Assembly (NCBI GenBank): GCA_030867685.1
Contig: JAQOWU010000008.1
Coordinates: 682,001-746,000 of the forward strand
Direction of reading: 5' to 3'
Origin: Wickerhamiella versatilis
Taxonomy: Eukaryota
DNA: 64,000 bases
Of the stretch, positions 60,925 to 64,000 are shown one piece after another. A program made the translations under genes and the position numbers. The first letter of the stretch is position 1; the number at the start of each line of letters is the position of its first letter. The notes under the pieces were generated by a model. The model did not search any database. It worked only from the letters and a program-made list of their open reading frames with translations, and was not told where the DNA came from.

Positions 60925-63501
60925 ATGGCAGAGAGTAGTGGCAATTCGAACAACAGTATTCAGACTGTTGTCACGTCACTAATTTACAATGGTTTATTCT
61001 TTGTTATCTTCATTGGTGTGTTCATATGTGTGCGGGGTTACAATCCACGCGTCTATGATATGCGATCCTACTCGCAAGTCGTCGCAGAAGGCGATCGGCC
61101 ACGACCATTGAAGAAAGGCGCGTTTGCCTGGGTTACGGACCTCCTGACGCGCTCTGATGATTTAATTTTGCGCGACGTGGGAATGGATGGCTATTTCTTT
61201 TTGCGGTACCTTCGTATGCTGTTTTTCGTGGCGGTTGGTGGCATCTTCATCTTGCTACCGATTTTGCTTCCTGTCGATGCTACCAACGGCGCCGGAAATG
61301 AGGGTCTCGATTTACTCGCGTTTGGTAACATCACAAACAATAATCGTTACTTCGCCCATGTTTTCCTGAGTTGGATCTTTTTCGGTCTCGTGCTGTTCTA
61401 CATCTACCGCGAGATGCTTTTCTACGTTAGTTTGCGCCAAGCTGTTCTCACGAGTGAATCAAATCGCGGACTCCTTTCTAATAGAACAGTTGTGGTGTCC
61501 AGTGTGCCGGATAGTAAGCTGAATGAGGAATATATGCGAAGCGTTTTCCATGGAGTCAAATACGTATTTATTCCTCGGAACGCCAAAGAACTCACAAAGG
61601 CCGTTGAGGAAAGGAATAAGCTTGCTGCTAAGCTCGAAGCAGCTGAGAATACTGTTATTAAAAAGGCCACTAAGAAATACTTGAAGGTGGAGAAGAAAGG
61701 AGGTGAACTGAAGGACGATATTTGGGCTTACACCAAGAAACCGACATTTCGGCTTGGTAAGATCCCACTTATCGGACAGAAAGTTGAAACGATTGCTTAC
61801 GCTAAAAAGCAGCTTCCTGTGTTAGAACGTAAAGTGCAAAATTTGCGCGAGAAGTATCATAGTAATGCCAAGGGCAAGACTGCTATAATTGTCTTTGAGA
61901 CTCAGACACAAGCCGAAACGGCAGTTCAAATGCTGGCGTACCATGAGCCCCTTCAGCTTTCGCCACGCTATATAGGCGCTCAGCCTGATGAAATCGTCTG
62001 GGAAAATACCACGCTCACGTGGTGGCAGCGACTAGTGAAGCACTTGGGAGCCTCGGCCTTCTGCACAGCGCTTTGTATTTTTTGGGCTATTCCTGTGGCC
62101 TTTGTTGGTTTCATTTCTCAGCCAATACAGCTCATAAAAGTGTTTCAGAATGATCAAGGTGAGGGCTGGATGAACTGGTTGTTACCAACTTCTCAAGGTG
62201 GTAAGTTCCCTGGTGTCCTGTTTGGGCTGATATCCTCTCTGCTACCCACAATTCTACTTGCTGTACTAATGATGTTGGTACCGCCTATCATTCGTAAGGC
62301 AGCGAAGATCTCGGGGTGCACCAGCCTGATTGAGGTGGAATATTATACGCAGAATGTTTTCTATGCATTCCAGGTTTGTCTCACATTCCTTGTAGTTACT
62401 CTGGCAAGCTCCATTCTACAATCACTATCATCGATTTTAGCAGATCCTGGTACGGTACTGAATATGTTGCACCAGAATTTGCCTGGTGCCTCGAACTTCT
62501 TTATCAATTGGATGTTGCTACAGGCATTGACCGTCCCGGCTGGTGGTCTTCTTCAAATGGTTGCTCTTATCCTATTCCATCTCCTTGGTACATTGCTTGA
62601 TAACACACCAAGAAAGTTGTGGACTCGTTTCAATGCTATTGGGGGTAATGGGTGGGGAACCACTTTCCCCATATATTCTACAATGGCTACTATCATGTTC
62701 ACCTATTCGATCATTGCCCCTATAATAATGCCATTTGCAGCGGTGCTCTTCTTCTTTTGTTACATTGCTTGGATCAACAACTTGACCTTCGTAACTGGTA
62801 AAACAAATGGCCGTGGTATATACTATGCTCGTGGGCTAAACCAGCTCTTCGTGGGTATTTACTTAGCTGAAGTGATTCTTATCGTCATGTTTATTTTTGC
62901 TAAGACTTGGGGGCCGCTTGTGCTGGAGATTGTGTTCACGCTTTTCACACTTTGGTTTCAACTGCATCTCAATGAAGCATTTTCGCCTCTTCTTTATAGT
63001 CTTCCAAATTCCTTGCTGGAGGGTGGTGATCCATTTGTTGATGCACCAGAGGAGAAGAAACAAACTGAAGAGACCCCTGCCCCCACCGGTGGTCTGGTCG
63101 CGCGTTTCTTCAAACCTCATATCTTTTATACGCCTGAGAATGTAGCAAGAGAGATGCTTACCGATGAGTACTGGAATATGCCACCACAGACAGATGACAA
63201 GGATGAAAGCACTGCGTATCATAATCCAGCAGTTCACGATCCAACGCCATTGGTGTGGTTCCCTGAGGATCCTAATGGTTTTGCTGAGGAACAACTCAGA
63301 GAGCTGACAGAAGCGAAGATTTCAGCGTCCATTTCTGGTGCTCGATGGGAGATCAGTGAGAAGAAGAACAAGAAGAAAGCTAAGATGGTGGTATCTCAAG
63401 AATTATCCGAGAATCCCTTGATCCAGGTTGATCAAGGTAATCAACCTCCTCGTAACGGAACTTCTGGTGCCTTCTTCCTAAATGCTTTCTCTTTCTTGTA
63501 G
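60925..63501 (+). CDS. OSCA/TMEM63/CSC1-family channel (Phm7/Rsn1-like)
   Basis: GMDGYFFLRYL, ILLPVDAT, PDEIVWEN, IFWAIPVAFVG, LPGASNFFI, YSIIAPII and a PHM7_ext-like tail. Confidence 0.92.
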   Translation: MAESSGNSNNSIQTVVTSLIYNGLFFVIFIGVFICVRGYNPRVYDMRSYSQVVAEGDRPRPLKKGAFAWVTDLLTRSDDLILRDVGMDGYFFLRYLRMLFFVAVGGIFILLPILLPVDATNGAGNEGLDLLAFGNITNNNRYFAHVFLSWIFFGLVLFYIYREMLFYVSLRQAVLTSESNRGLLSNRTVVVSSVPDSKLNEEYMRSVFHGVKYVFIPRNAKELTKAVEERNKLAAKLEAAENTVIKKATKKYLKVEKKGGELKDDIWAYTKKPTFRLGKIPLIGQKVETIAYAKKQLPVLERKVQNLREKYHSNAKGKTAIIVFETQTQAETAVQMLAYHEPLQLSPRYIGAQPDEIVWENTTLTWWQRLVKHLGASAFCTALCIFWAIPVAFVGFISQPIQLIKVFQNDQGEGWMNWLLPTSQGGKFPGVLFGLISSLLPTILLAVLMMLVPPIIRKAAKISGCTSLIEVEYYTQNVFYAFQVCLTFLVVTLASSILQSLSSILADPGTVLNMLHQNLPGASNFFINWMLLQALTVPAGGLLQMVALILFHLLGTLLDNTPRKLWTRFNAIGGNGWGTTFPIYSTMATIMFTYSIIAPIIMPFAAVLFFFCYIAWINNLTFVTGKTNGRGIYYARGLNQLFVGIYLAEVILIVMFIFAKTWGPLVLEIVFTLFTLWFQLHLNEAFSPLLYSLPNSLLEGGDPFVDAPEEKKQTEETPAPTGGLVARFFKPHIFYTPENVAREMLTDEYWNMPPQTDDKDESTAYHNPAVHDPTPLVWFPEDPNGFAEEQLRELTEAKISASISGARWEISEKKNKKKAKMVVSQELSENPLIQVDQGNQPPRNGTSGAFFLNAFSFL

Positions 63502-64000
63502 TCTAGCTCGTGCATATACATTTATCAAGTAATTTGTTCTATAATTTCGTCTTAGTTATTTTACCGAAGACATGTTTCTGGATTGGCAATTGTCACCATG
63601 TTCATTAAATTTCTAAGCACAACATGGCTTATTCTTGTTTGACAGTGCTAGGAATTCCTAGCTTTCTGCGAAACTAACGGGATGCCATAGTAGAATCTAA
63701 TCCAATTTCCAAGAGCCTACTGCTGGTGACTCTAAGAGACAAACAGGTAGCTTCTACCTTGAGAGCTTTGCCCATACAGCGCATATCGTATCTAAGTTAC
63801 TAGTAACATGATACTAGCCGATATTCTTCATTCACCATATCTAGAGGTTTCTTTCTGATATATTCAGTATAGCTTTTTCTCATTACTGGTCCAAGAAAGA
63901 AGCTAATTGGGTCATTTCCTGAAGACAGAAGCTTCTGCACGATCATGATGTGAAAAAGCCATACCACCTCAACTCAACCGACCTGCTGATGCTCTGCCCA

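Noticed and set aside
1-64000. Bacterial HGT genes, transposons, tRNA/rRNA, CRISPR, alternative genetic code
   Set aside because: TUF1, IMG1 and the GGQ protein have presequences and fungal features. No transposase, RT, LTR or repeat arrays seen. CTG encodes a conserved Leu in RPL23.

Overview
Gene-dense, intron-poor segment of a budding-yeast (Saccharomycotina) nuclear chromosome. CUG is read as Leu at a conserved RPL23 position, and two complex I accessory subunits are present. Together with the extreme compaction, this suggests an early-diverging lineage such as Wickerhamiella/Starmerella (inference). I find 41 protein-coding genes, mostly housekeeping: RPL23, PWP2, SEF1, LAA1, NUC1, RAD51, MCM5, RSC6/SNF12, THR4, YSH1, IRC6, PHS1, RCY1, ZRT1, HCM1, ALG5, RSC9, KEI1, RIO1, VMS1, RDH54, TUF1, RCF2, RQT4, IMG1, GCD7, DID2, STU1, MRPL3 and an OSCA/CSC1 channel, among others. 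There are no mobile elements, tRNAs, rRNAs or CRISPR arrays, and no evidence of a large novel system. The best new observations are: (1) an unannotated candidate box H/ACA snoRNA between RDH54 and TUF1; (2) an identical 11-bp element containing TTACGTAA next to MCB-type sites in both the RAD51 and RDH54 promoters; (3) two spliced genes the ORF track misses or splits (NDUFB3 and a ZC3H3/Red5 homologue); (4) a stand-alone GSKIP-domain microprotein; (5) a Vms1 lacking its zinc finger; (6) a Zrt1 with a Saccharomyces-type N-terminus; (7) bidirectional promoters of only 37-114 bp and overlapping 3' ends. Family assignments come from recalled motifs, not database searches.
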